This document shows, one piece after another, positions 27,516-40,602 of a stretch of 64,000 nucleotides of DNA. Location: NCBI RefSeq assembly GCF_006345805.1, contig NC_043000.1, positions 92,876,001 to 92,940,000 on the forward strand, written 5' to 3'. Numbering within the stretch: position 1 is the first letter of the stretch; every line of letters begins with the position of its first letter. The stretch comes from Octopus sinensis (taxonomy: Eukaryota). A program made the translations under genes and the position numbers. The notes beneath the pieces are model-generated. The model was not told where the DNA came from. It searched no databases and worked only from the letters and a program-made list of their open reading frames with translations.

Positions 27516-28608
27516 TTCATTAGCAGCTTCTTCATTTCCTTCCTGTCTTCTTTTTTTCATTTTGGTCTTTCTTAATCTTTTTCATCATCATCATAACAAA
27601 CCATAAAATAAACTTTTATTGTTCAAACCAAAACAAAACAGTAAGAGGGAAAATAATCTTTATTTTTGTATAATTCCACTTCATTTATATTTGAAAAGTT
27701 TCCTCCTAATTTTTTGAATTGCAAAGTCTTAGAACAGATCCTCAAAATTAGTCTTAAGCAACACATCTGCATCTATACTTAGTAGTGATAAAGGTATCCC
27801 AAATATTCTTTTAGCAAGTTTAAAGTGATTTCTTTTGTGCCATAAACCATTTACTATTTCTGTGGTGCCCCCTCCTTCCTTTGATGCCCTAAGTACGTAC
27901 TTATTTAGCTTAATGGTTAATCCAGTGCTGATTATCTCAACTAATGCGAAGGAATAAGTAGATCCAATGGAAATATACTCTAACTGCAGACACCAGGTAG
28001 CGCTTTACTCAATACATCAACACACTACTTGACATATACCCCTTATACCAAAAATTTACATACATACACACACACATATATAAACACATATTCATGTATG
28101 TATGTTTGTATGTACGCATGTTTGTGTGTATGTATAAATGTGTGTGTGTGTGTGCGTGTTTCCTTGCCATGACATAAAGTGAGGATAAATAAGTGAGTGT
28201 CAGTTTGATACAAGTGGTATCTTTCACTTTTAGTCTTCCTTGAAAACATGTCCAGCTAAGGGGAAATATTAACCTACTTGAAAACAAAACAAAAAATAAC
28301 CCCCCACCCCCGGAGAGGTTTGGTCACAGGAAGTGCAAAAGAAAATCTGCCTCGACAAATTCTGTCTGGCACGTATAAGCTTGGAAATGATGGTGATGAT
28401 GATGATGAGGAGGTGGAGGATGATAGGGATGATGATGATGATGATGATGATACGCAGACATACACACATCTATATATATATACATACGTATACATTAGTC
28501 TGATATCTTAATGTAGTCTTAAAAAGGGGAAGTTTTCACAGTTCTCAGTATATCATTTCCTATGCACCTGCAGGGCTAAGTGCACTTAATAATTACCTAT
28601 TTATCTAT

Positions 28609-28658
<50 letters not shown>

Positions 28659-28782
28659 GTCTATCTATCTGTCTGCCTGTCTGTCTGTCTCTCTCAGTAT
28701 GTCTGTCTGTCTGTCTCTGTCTGTCTCTCTGTTTCTGTATGTCTCTCTCCCTCCATCCATCCATCCATCCATCCATCCATCC

Positions 28783-28835
<53 letters not shown>

Positions 28836-28883
28836 GCTATCTATCTTTCTGTTTGTCTATCTCACTCTCTTTCTGTCTCTGTC

Positions 28884-28969
<86 letters not shown>

Positions 28970-29714
28970 CATCTATCTATCTATCTATCCATCTGTCTAT
29001 CTATCTCTGTCTGTCAAACTGTCTATCTCTCTATTTGCCTGTCTCTCTCTCTCTATCTATCTAGCTATCAATATCTACCTACCTATCTATCTATTTACCT
29101 ACTTATACTATACAAAATCAGTGAAAAATACGATGATATCAGATAAATTCTTTTTTTTTTTTCTGTTTATTCGAATCCTGATTTTTCATCAACTGTTTTA
29201 ACAAATTAGTCCATAATATATTCTCTTTCATTGTTAGCTAGTTCTTGCCAATGTTCTATTAGCTTGCCATTGTCTTGACAGTAAAACTCCCTGGGCTTTG
29301 ACTTGAAGAATTGGTCATGCCATGTTTTCAATTCCATGCCATTGTTGAAGTAAACATCTTACACACTGTTGGAGAGCAACTCATACACATTTTATTGTTC
29401 TCTTAAGCTGAACGGCTAACTTACAGGGACGTAAACAAACCAACAACAGTTGTCAAGCAGTGAAAGGGGATAAACACAGACACAAAGACACACACACACG
29501 CACATCTTTTATTTTTTATCCATTACTTGTTTCAGTCATTAGACTTTGGCCATGCTGGGGCAGCACCTTGAATTTTTAGTCAAATGAATTGACCCCATAC
29601 TTATCTTTTAAGCCTGGTACTTATTCTATTGGTCTTTTTTGCTGAATTGCTAAGTTACGAGGACACAAACACATCAACACCAGTTGTCAGTCACAAAGGA
29701 ACTCACACATAGAT

Positions 29715-29771
<57 letters not shown>

Positions 29772-29833
29772 GGTCCCGGGTTGAGTCGGGGTTAACCACA
29801 GTAAATAAGGTACTCAATACATTCTTGTCACCT

Positions 29834-29884
29834 AGCTTCCTGATGATTTCTTTTGAATGAAACAGTTCTAGTCCTGTAGAAGCT
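29834..29884 (+). ncRNA. type I hammerhead ribozyme
   Basis: AGCUUC-CUGAUGA-uUUC uuuu GAAu-GAA-ACAG uucuaguc CUGU-A^-GAAGCU: 6-bp stem I, 4-bp stem III, GUA site, U-U at the base of stem II. AATAAA at 29895. Confidence 0.85.
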
Positions 29885-29903
29885 CCTTCTATAAAATAAA
29901 TAA

Positions 29904-29936
<33 letters not shown>

Positions 29937-29952
29937 ATATGTGTGTGTGTAT

Positions 29953-30028
<76 letters not shown>

Positions 30029-30077
30029 TACATAACAGCCTTATGTATATATTTGTGAAGGTTTTACAGCTTTAATA

Positions 30078-30128
<51 letters not shown>

Positions 30129-31082
30129 ATGTATATATATATATGTATGTATGTATGTATGTATATATATATTCTACTGGGGTGCAATATAAGCACCTGT
30201 CCCAATAAAAATAGAAGTTAAAATACTTCTAAGCCACAGAAGAATCACAAAATTAATACAAGCATGTTTGGAAAACATTTAGGGAACAGGAATTGCGTCC
30301 CACTTCTACCAAGGTCAATTTGGTATGATTTCAAATTTAGTGTCAAAGGTGCTACTAGAATTTGTCCTTACCATGCCTGTAAATTCATTTGAATGGTCAA
30401 ACACCATTTAAACAAATGAATTGCATGAAATTATTTATAAATAAATATAAGAACTATAATATTTCTAAAAATAATATCATTGGTGGCCGTGAGCGTACAG
30501 CCAGGTAGGCAAATTAATAAAATATATATAAGATAGTGCAAATCAGTCAACGTGTTGGCTGAATTATATATAAAGCTACAAGCTTTATTTAGTTCATTCA
30601 GAGTTGCCTCTCTTAGGTATATCTCACTGACAACAGTCAATAAACTTGAAACATTGATGTCTGAGATTCCCGAGAGGTGGCAACAATGAATGAACTGGGT
30701 GTTTTCACACCCTTTTACCATAAGAGAAATTTTTTTTGTTCATGGTAACTGTAGTATATTTGCCTTTAGCAGTTGAAATATGTGGCAAACATATTTCAAG
30801 TAACCTAAATTGTGATTATACGTGAACACTGCTCAACTCCATTACATCATTATATATAAGATATAATGCATGTGTGTGTGTGTTCCCAACATCGTTGACA
30901 ACCGATGCTGGTGTGTTTACATCCCTGTGATTTAGCGATTCAGCAAAAGAGACTGATAGAATAAGTACTAGGCTTACAAAGAATAAGTCCTGGGGTCGAT
31001 TTGTTCGACTAAAGGTGGTCAAAATGACTGAAACAAGTAAAAGAGTAAAAGAGCAAAAGAGAGAGTATATATCCTAGGATAC

Positions 31083-31365
31083 TACATAAACACCTGCTTC
31101 ATTAAAAATAGAAGTCAAAATAATTATAAGCCACAGAAGAATCACAAAATTAATACAAATTTCACTGAAGAGATTCAGGCACATTTGGTGCTAAATTCAA
31201 AATCATATCAAATTGACCAGCATTCCTCTTGCATCCTTGGTGGAGGTAGGATGCTATTCATGTTTACTAAAATTATTTCCTATCATGCCTCTGTTAATTT
31301 TGTGATTCTTCTGTTACCTTAGAAGTATTTTGATTTCTATTTTTAGCGAAGCAGGTGCTTATATA
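31083..31365. mobile_element. MITE-like element with ~70-bp terminal inverted repeats (partial copy at 30187-30390)
   Basis: cacctgcttc..aaaaatagaa..agaagaatcacaaaattaa at the left and ttaattttgtgattcttct..ttctattttt..gaagcaggtg at the right. Confidence 0.75.
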
Positions 31366-31534
31366 GGCAGCTTTATATGATAGAAGGGGCAGTCAAAACG
31401 TCCAAAACCACATTTAAGAGCAGTTTTGAAGGGAATGAAAAATAAAAAAATTCATGTTGTCTATTGAGTTTTTATACATACAAGGCCACTGGTAGTGAAA
31501 TTTCTAAAATTTTGCTACCCTATCTTATTTTAGG

Positions 31535-31613
<79 letters not shown>

Positions 31614-31707
31614 ACTATATATACATATATAATATATCAATATCCATATAAAGGCTATATACATTTATGTAGTATATAGATATACATATATATATATATA
31701 TGTATAC

Positions 31708-31741
<34 letters not shown>

Positions 31742-32601
31742 CTATATATACATATATATATATTAAATACGTTTGTGTGTGTATTTATGCACAACAGAAG
31801 AAAATTACCAAATGTGTCTCATAATCACATTGAACTCACATAAACCTAGTTACAATCCAAGCTTCTTAACCTGACAGCTAAGTTTGCCAACATACTTTGC
31901 ATTGAAATAAGTGAACAGCATTCAAAGTTACCACATACATTTATGTCATTAGTGCAAAATATAACCTTCTTTATAGAAATATATAGCAATATTTTCATCC
32001 TAAAATGAACATCCAACACTCAATATATCTATCAGTATGTCGATTGGAGTGCCTCCTTATCTGTCTGTCTAAAAATCAATCAATTAATCAATCAATCGTG
32101 TAAATACATTGAATGAGACATTAAGATGAAGGACCAGTGACTATATGTTCATAAGTTCATATGTTACTTTTACAGCCATTGGTGCTGTTATAGTGTTGGC
32201 TCTTGGGCAGGGCATGGCACATAATTCTTTATGTGTCAGAGTGTGATATTGACATATAAGTTCCTTCGGGTTCCTACTTAATAGTTGAAGGGGGTCATGG
32301 AAAGAAGGGGGCCAAGCAGCAAAAAGAATAGTTTGAAAACATGCACGTACATCTACACACACACGTCCACAGACGCATAGCAATGTGCATAATAATACAC
32401 ATAGTACACATTGACACACACACCACACACATACATGCATACATTTCTCAGTAGTAAGAAATTTGTTTCCCAACCTCATTGTTCTGAGTTCAGTTCCTCT
32501 GAACGGCATTTTGAGAAAATTTCTTCTACTATAGCCCCAAGGCCAGCCAAAGCCATCAGAGTGGATTTTGTTGATAGAAACTGAAAGAAGCTTATTGTAT
32601 A

Positions 32602-32905
32602 TACGAGGGTGAGTCAAAAAGTAATGCCATTTTGTTTAGGACAGGTATAATTACCAACACAGGAATATGTATCATACATCAAAATGAAACTGGTCGTCTG
32701 TGGATCACATCCCCACTTCTCAACATAGTCACCGTTTCTCTCAATAGCAATGTTCCACCTTTGAATTAGAGCATGTATCCCTGCCCTGTAAAATTCTGTT
32801 GACTGTTCTTCGAGCTACTTATTTACTACACTTCCTCGTCACTGGAATAATTTGCACCTTCAGACTATCATCTCTTTGGCCCCATGAAAGACCGTTTAAG
32901 AGACG
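32602..32905 (-). mobile_element. mariner 3' end (TIR plus transposase C-terminus) with a short inverted segment
   Basis: TIR TACGAGGGTGAGTCAAAAAG at 32602. Minus strand YSSDEEV..EQSTEFYRAGIHALIQRWNIAIERNGDYVEK; plus strand APSDYHLFGPMKDRLR at about 32854-32901. Confidence 0.9.
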
Positions 32906-32906
32906 T

Positions 32907-32937
<31 letters not shown>

Positions 32938-32972
32938 GTAAATGTAATATGTGACAATTATTCGGTAGCCAT

Positions 32973-33031
32973 GATAAAACTCTGTTTCGGATGCTGAGGT
33001 AGAAATCCATGCCGCCATCTCTTCAGTTATC
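32973..33031 (-). ncRNA. type I hammerhead ribozyme in a ~150-bp fold-back insert (32964-33111)
   Basis: GAUAA-CUGAAGA-GAUG..CAUC c-GAAA-C aga G-UU^-UUAUC. A mutated mirror copy lies on the plus strand at 33042-33102. Confidence 0.75.
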
Positions 33032-34105
33032 TGGCCATCTGGATAAATGAAGAGATGGCGGTGTGGATTTCCATATCGGCATTCAAAACTCGGAGTTTTA
33101 TCATGGCTACCAAATGTATTTATGTATGTATGTATGTATTTATGTACGTATGTATGTATGTATGTATGTATGTATGCTTGAATGTGTGTATGTTCTCTCT
33201 CTTTTTCTTTTTAATTTTAGAGTAAATTTTGACCTGTCACCTACTTGGTAGATACATTGTCGTTAAAAATATCTTTTTTTAACACACATTCTTTAAATCC
33301 TAAGAAGGTCTTGCAGATTTTTATAGTTCCAGGTATTTTGATCATTTACAGCATATGAATTAAGGATTTGCATTCTCTCCGTAAGATCCCTCCCTAGTTC
33401 AACAATACATTGCTCCAAATGGGTATGTATGTATCCTGTTGCTCCAATAATACTAGGCATGGAACTGAAAGTGTAATTTAGATCCTTATCAATGGTCCAT
33501 AGATGTCCTCTTTCTCTTGTATTTTTCTAACCACATTTGTATGCAAACATGTATGTATATACATATGTAATTATACCTAAATATTACGTGAGTGAAGTTT
33601 TTCTTTTCTAGTCTACATTGTAAAGCATGTCTTAGCTATGGGAAGATATTACCTTGTTCAGAAACTGGTGATGGTTAGCAACAAGAAGGGCATAGAAAAA
33701 TCTGCTTCAACAAATTCCATATGACCCATGCAAGCATGGAATAGAGGACTTTAAATGTTAATGATAATGATGACGATGATGATGATGATGATGACAGCGA
33801 TGATATGTTACCATCACAGTATATTTATACATGCACACACACATACACGTGTGTATATCTATATATGCATACATAAGCGTATACATACATATATGTATGT
33901 ATGTGTGTGTGCTAGTGTATGAGTGCATAATAAACATCAAAAGATAAATCCATGTTAATTAAGAGCTTAATTAATACAGGTAATTAAACTCTAAAGCATT
34001 ATTACATTGCGATAAATCCAAGGAGAACTGATTTGCATATGTATACATAATCGTTAAAATGATTTTTAAGAGCAACACACATATTTTATATACATATATA
34101 TACAT

Positions 34106-34160
<55 letters not shown>

Positions 34161-34453
34161 TACAAGAAGAAGCAGCTGTTTTATATTAAGAATATGTTGT
34201 CTATTGACTATTTATACATGCTAAGCCACTTGTGGTGATGTTTCTAAGGAATATTCTCTACCCTATATATGTATATATATCTATATCTATCTATCTATCT
34301 ATCTATCTATCTCTCTCTCGCCCTCTCTCTCTCTATATATATATATAATACAAATATATGTATATATATATATATGTATATGTGTGTATATATATATATA
34401 TATACACACACACACAAACATACATATATGTGTTTGTGTGTGATATATTTATG

Positions 34454-34484
<31 letters not shown>

Positions 34485-34504
34485 GTGTGTGTGTATTTAT
34501 ATAC

Positions 34505-34547
<43 letters not shown>

Positions 34548-34910
34548 TTTAATAGAGATATTTATATAGGTATATATATATATGTAGATATACACAAATG
34601 TACGTGTTTATGTGTTTATATAACAGATGTATATCATATCCATATGTGCATACATGCATGAAAGCTAAACCACTTAATTATGCTTGTGTATACATGCATG
34701 CATAAACCACATACATACACACACACACATGCTTAAACAGAATCATTCACCTCCCATTTTGCACAAATATCCACTCATATCACACATACAGACATACACA
34801 TCCATGCATACATCTATACATGTGTGTGTACACAGATATACATACATACATACATACATACATACATACATACATACATACATACATACATACATACATA
34901 CATACATACA

Positions 34911-34941
<31 letters not shown>

Positions 34942-35493
34942 GCACATATCATTTCACATGCTTCACTGGAAATATATGTAAGGTGAGAAATGCAAGTGGA
35001 AAACTCTGGGGGAAACCAAATCCTAAAAAAAACTTGTTGAAATCAGGCAATCTGCCTGCCTCTATATAGCCACATAACTGGCTAGAAATAGCAACCAAAT
35101 CTTCTGTAACTGTTTGCCTGTTCAAAACATTTTTATAAGTTTGTCCTAAACAGCCATGCTTGCCTTTATACTTTTATCTAGCCTTTAGACTTTTATACCT
35201 TTGATTAATATTGGGCTTTTCCTTTCATAATTTCTTAGAGACTTTGGCAGTAGAAAAAAAAAATGGGAAAATGTATCATATATGATGCATAGAGGCCAGT
35301 GAAATATGTTCAATGTATCACATATGATATACAAGGCAAGCAAAGAATTATATGGTTTTTTTTTCAAGAATTGAAGATCATATTAGATAATATAGTCATA
35401 CATAGGGTATGTCAGAATGAAAGGGCTGACTAGCAACAACAATCTTTTTACTCAGGGACTAGTAGACTCGACACCGTTTGGTAATCAGTATGT

Positions 35494-35541
35494 ATTCAAA
35501 GCAGTGATCAGTTATTTTACGAAACCGGTATGCTTTTGAAT
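35494..35541 (+). ncRNA. minimal type I hammerhead with swapped G3:C8 core pair
   Basis: AUUC AAAGCA-GUGAUCA-GU uauuuu AC-GAA-ACCGGU-A^-UGCUUU u GAAU: 10-bp stem I with one bulge, palindromic stem III. Confidence 0.8.
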
Positions 35542-36014
35542 CTCTTTAACAATTCACAATAATGACTTTTATTACTTTTATTCCTACCTCAGTTCAATTC
35601 CTAGTTGCTTCCAAATATAACCTTCACTAAAATCATGATAGTATGATAGTCTCCTTTTCAGTGCACTCTATAAAAGGCACCTCTGCTACTTACCCATGGA
35701 TGGATATTTTTATCAGCTAAATGTTCTGCTGTGTATTCTGTCACAATTATATCTAAACATTAATGCATGGTTAAGAAGTCTGTGTTGCTAATATGTTAGT
35801 TTGGGGCTCAATTCCACAGTGTGGCACCTTGGGTAAATGGTTCTTAAACTCACAAATACCATCCCCCCACACCAACTTCCTCCACCAAATAGTGAATTAT
35901 TTTTGCAACTTTACTTTTGTTTAATTAATTACATTTGTGTCCATATAATTGATTTTCTTTGTCATAAAGTTAGACATGTTTAAAACGTTTGAAACTGTCA
36001 AATTTCATTAAATA

Positions 36015-36240
36015 CAGGGTTGACCAAAAATCACCTGACAGTAAATCAAAACTTTTTAATTCCAAGATTTAATTCCAAGTTGAATAAATTTAATAAAGCA
36101 TCTAAATATGAAAAATCATGAAAATTGTTCAAACTGAAGTCATTCTTGATCGACATAATTTTGCATTCAAGTCAATACAGAATTACAGATAGTATTTATG
36201 GAATTTTGATTTACTGTCGGGTAACTTTTGGCCAACCCTG
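36015..36240. mobile_element. Tc1/mariner-type MITE (226 bp)
   Basis: TA-cagggttgaccaaaaatcacctgacagtaaatcaaaa ... ttttgatttactgtcgggtaacttttggccaaccctg-TA. Confidence 0.9.
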
Positions 36241-36620
36241 TATAATAACTTAACTGCTCCCCTTTGCATCTCTTTGAAGCCTCTCTTTACCCAGAATCCT
36301 TTCATTCTTTACAAGAACCACTGTTCAACCAAAGCCTCGAGCTGACCAAAGTCATTTGAGTTTTATTTGACAGACAAAAACTGTGTGGAAACCTGTTAGT
36401 TGGGCTGTTCCTAGTTTAGAGTGGTCCATGCAGTCTATAACCCTGTCTACCACCAAGTTCAGTTCCTTGGTCCCCTGTATCGGATTTCTCTCTATACCTC
36501 TTTAGCATTTAAACTGGCCATAGCTGGCGTCAAATTTTCCACCTGTTTTAAATTCAAACTAGCCAGACCTTGCCTCGCACACCCACTTAACAATCATCAC
36601 CATAATCATCATCATCACCA

Positions 36621-36888
36621 TCATCGTTTAACGTCTGCTTTCCATGCTAGCATGGGTTGGACGATTTTGACTGAGGACTGGTGAACCAGATGGCTGCACC
36701 AGGCTCCAATCTTGATCTGGCAGAGTTTCTACAGCTGGATGCCCTTCCTAACACCAACCACTCTGAGAGTGTAGTGGGTGCTTTTTGCATACCACCGGCA
36801 TGGGGGCCAGTCAGGCAGTACTGGCAATGACCTCGCTCAAACTTTTTACACATGTTACTGGCACAGGTGCCAGTAAGGCAACACTGGT
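36621..36888 (-). mobile_element. SINE/LINE-tail repeat, family D, with (GAT)n tail
   Basis: Minus strand ..aggaagggcatccagctgtagaaac..catgctagcatggaaagc.gacgttaaacgatgatg. Copies at about 42938-43112, 63102-63279, 38575-38775 and 28160-28400. Confidence 0.8.
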
Positions 36889-37761
36889 GTCATTGTAAAA
36901 AGATCAACAATCACATCATAGAAACCTCAAAGCTATGAGATAATCCCTAATTAATTCCAATCAATGTGAATGAATATATATTACATTTGACTGAGCAATG
37001 TGAATGCTAAAGGGATAACAAGCAATCAGGTTAAGTCGCCAGCCTGAGGATAACGTTCTTCTGTCTTCTCATCAGCCTGGAGGCCTTTAATAAGGTGGGA
37101 GTGTTACACTTTTTCCTTTTATTAAGAATATTAAAAATATAAAATTTTAAGAAATGTATCATTTCATTTTGTTATTGAGTGTAGAGGTGGGAATATACAT
37201 GTCGACTAATCTTTACATACATATGTATCAATGTTTTTTGCAGCTGTATATTTTGTTCATTACCATCTTCATCATTTCACCATCAAACAGCAGGGAAGAT
37301 ATAAGCAGTATGATATTTGCCAGATTGAAGTTTGACAACGTTTACATTTAATGGGATACTATGAAGTGGATGAGATCATTTCCGCATATCACTTCACTAA
37401 CCTTAAATATGGAAAGAAAAATGAGGTAGTAAAAAGGATAGGGAAAGAGAGAGAGAAAGGGGATGAGGGAGAGAGAAATAGGAAGAGAAAGAGAGAGAAA
37501 CACGAAGAAGAAAACGATAGAGATGAAGGAGAATGTAACATAATTTCAATATGCAACTGCACAAACATGCACACATAAATATATTTGCACATGTTCATAT
37601 ATAATAGGCATTATCATAAAGATATTTATCAAAATATAATGGCAATAATTCAATGAGGAAACAATTAGTTGATGTGATTGATTCTAGGTTTATTGCTGCC
37701 TCTCAAAGGAGGAAATTTAGCTGCCAATTCAAGCAATTTCCCTCAAACAGTATTTTGAAAT

Positions 37762-38217
37762 ATATTTGCCACTTAAATGTGGCTAACCACTAAGGGTGGA
37801 TGCTACTGTAGCTTGTAGCCCCAGAACATCTTCTCCAGCTGGCTGTTGACACACTTTCTGTGCCCTATCAGTATTTGCAAAGGGAAGCCATCCTTCCCAT
37901 CATCGACCTGACGTGATACGCACGGACCCGGGTTTCTGGGTATTTACCCGTTGTCAGTGCATGACAATCACCGGTCTTCGATGCAAAGGGGTCCCAATGC
38001 AAATACATAAAGTCATTGATCTCAAAAAAGTGTAAACAAGCAATAATAAATCTCTGAACAAGGTATGAACAGTAGCTGCATGACAACGTGAAGTATATTT
38101 GCCACTTAAATGTGGCTAACCACTAAGGGTGGATGTGTTTAGCCACATTTAAGTGGCAAATATACTTCACGCTGTCATGCAGTTACTGTTCATACCTCGT
38201 TCAGAGATTTACTATCG
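37762..38217 (-). mobile_element. retrozyme/Penelope-type non-coding insertion: 333-bp unit, terminal direct repeat, inverted 5' segment, 13-bp TSD
   Basis: 42-bp direct repeat at 37761-37802 and 38094-38135. 38139-38214 is inverted relative to 38043-38119. agtattttgaaat at 37749-37761 and 38218-38230. Hammerhead motif at 37920-37960. Confidence 0.85.
37920..37960 (-). ncRNA. hammerhead motif with G8-to-A change
   Basis: GCA-CUGACAA-c GGGU aaau ACCC a-GAA-ACCCGGGU-C^-cg UGC. Palindromic stem III; stem I is offset by 2 nt. Confidence 0.65.
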
Positions 38218-39788
38218 AGTATTTTGAAATGTTCACTTCATTCGCCTCTACACCCATCTCTAACCACCTGTCACTCCCCATTCACATTCTAACGATCTTA
38301 TCCACCCATCCTTCTCAATTCTTTGTCTGAATTCTGTCTTATAATCACCTTTTTGCATTTTGAGATTACAGTTCTGACACTTTAACACTACCATCATCGT
38401 TTTATTTCTTGCTATTCCCACCCATCCTTATAGAAAAAAGAGTAGCCTTGTATCTCCTCTACAGCAAGATACTTGTTCCTGACCCTCTATCAATACTTTA
38501 GTCTCTCGACACCTGGTATAGAACCACCTTCCTCTCCATTACAGCCCTCTTAGCTGAAGGACCTTTTCTTTGCCTTGGGAATTACTTGGCAATCCTACCA
38601 GTGCCGGTGTCACAAAAAGAACTGCCAGTACATTCTGTAGATTGATTAGCATTAGGAAGGACATCCAGCCATAGAAACCATGCTAAAGTAGACACTGGCA
38701 CTTGATACAGTCCTCTTGTCATACAGTTCATCTCATACCAGCTTGGAGGATGGCTGTTAAAAGATGATGATGATGAGGAGGAGGAGGAGGAGGGGGAGGA
38801 GGAGAGGAGGAAGAAAAGAGGAGGAGCAGAAGGAGGAGAAGAGGAGGTGGAGAGGAGGAGGAGGAGGAGGAGGAGAGGAGGAGGAGAGGAGGAGGGAGGA
38901 GGATGCTTAATGACTTGTTTCTCTCTTATCTATATAAAGATACAGAACTTAAACATATGGCATGGTTGTGTGGGTAAGAAGTTCACTTGTCAACCTCATA
39001 GTTTCAGGTTCAGTCCCATTATATGGTGCTTTGGGTGAAGATCTACTGCTATAGATGTTCTGTTAACTGAATCTACCGAAACTGAAAGAAGCCTGTTGTG
39101 TGTGTGTGTGTGTGTGTGTGTTCATGGTTGATGGTTGCTTGCGAGCTTGTGTCTCTTTGTTTACAGATCATGTGGTAGTTGTACATAGGTGTCACCAGTG
39201 TCCTTCATTTCCAATCTTCCATAAAAGGAAAAAAAAACAATCATATCTGGCCATGGGGAAATATGACCTTGTTTGGAAAACAGGTGAGGGTTAGTGTCAC
39301 TAGGGAGATCAGGGCATAAAATGTCTGCCTCAATGAAATTCAGGGAAAAGGGGGAAATAATGTTGATGATAATAACGATGTTGAGGATTGTGAGGGTAAC
39401 GACATTCATGATGTTGGTGAGGATGATGGTGAGGATGATGATCATGATGATGATCATGATGATGATCATGATGGCAATGACGACGATGGCAGCAGTGATA
39501 GTGACAATGATGACAAAAATGACAATGATGAGGATGATGATGATGATGATGATGATGACGGCAACGATGGAAATGGTGGTGGTAATGATGATGAAAATGG
39601 TGACATTGAGGATTATGAGGACAACAATATTGATGATGCTGATGAGGATGATGGTGATGATAATCATGTTCATGATCATGATAATGATGGTGATGATGTT
39701 GATGATGTGATGATAGTGATGGGGACAATGATGATGATGATGATGATAGTGATGACGATAACCATGAGACAAGGATAATGATAGCAAT

Positions 39789-40196
39789 ACTCTTTTTACT
39801 TGTTTCAGTCATTTGATTGCGGCCATGCTGGACACCGCCTTTAGTTGAGCAAATCAACTCCAGGACTTATTCTTTGTAAGCCTAGTACTTGTTCTATTGA
39901 TCTCTTTTACCAAACTGCTAAGCTATGGGGACGTAAACACACCAGCATCGGTTGTCAAGCGATGTTGGGTGGAGGCGGAGGCAAACACAGACACACAAGC
40001 ATACACACACATACATATACATATACATATACATATATACGACGGGCTTCTTTCAGTTTCCGTCTACCAAATCCACTCACAAGGCTTTGGTTGGCCTGAG
40101 GCTGTACTAGAGGACACTTGCCCCAGGTGCCATGCAGTGGGAATGAACCTGGAACCATGTGGTTGGTAAGCAAGCTACTTACCACACAGCCACTCC
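39789..40196 (-). mobile_element. family B SINE, full length
   Basis: Minus strand ggagtggctgtgtggtaag (A-box) through the aagtaaaaagag tail. Confidence 0.9.
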
Positions 40197-40544
40197 TGTG
40201 CCTATGATGACAACATTGATGGTAATGAAGATGATGGTGGTGATTGTGATGGTGATGGTGGTGGTGTTTGTGGTGGTGGTGGTGTTGGTGTTGGTGATGG
40301 TAGTGGTGGTGGTGGTGGTGGTGATGGTGATGGTGATGCTGATGCTGCTGCAGCTGCTGGCACAGGCAGTGATCATAGCAGTAGTAGCAGTGATAGCAGT
40401 GCTGATATTCATGATGATGATAAAGATGGCAATAGGTCGACAATGATGATGATGATAAATAATTCAAATGTCAATAATTGTGCATCGACTACCAGATACT
40501 CTAACTGCTAGCATCCAATATTATTTTTGTTATTATTATTATTA

Positions 40545-40602
<58 letters not shown>

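Noticed and set aside
30431-30721. 96-aa minus-strand ORF
   Set aside because: No homology or splice support; within chance expectation.
39161-39857. His-rich and Met-rich ORFs
   Set aside because: Degenerate (GAT)n tract, open in several frames on both strands.
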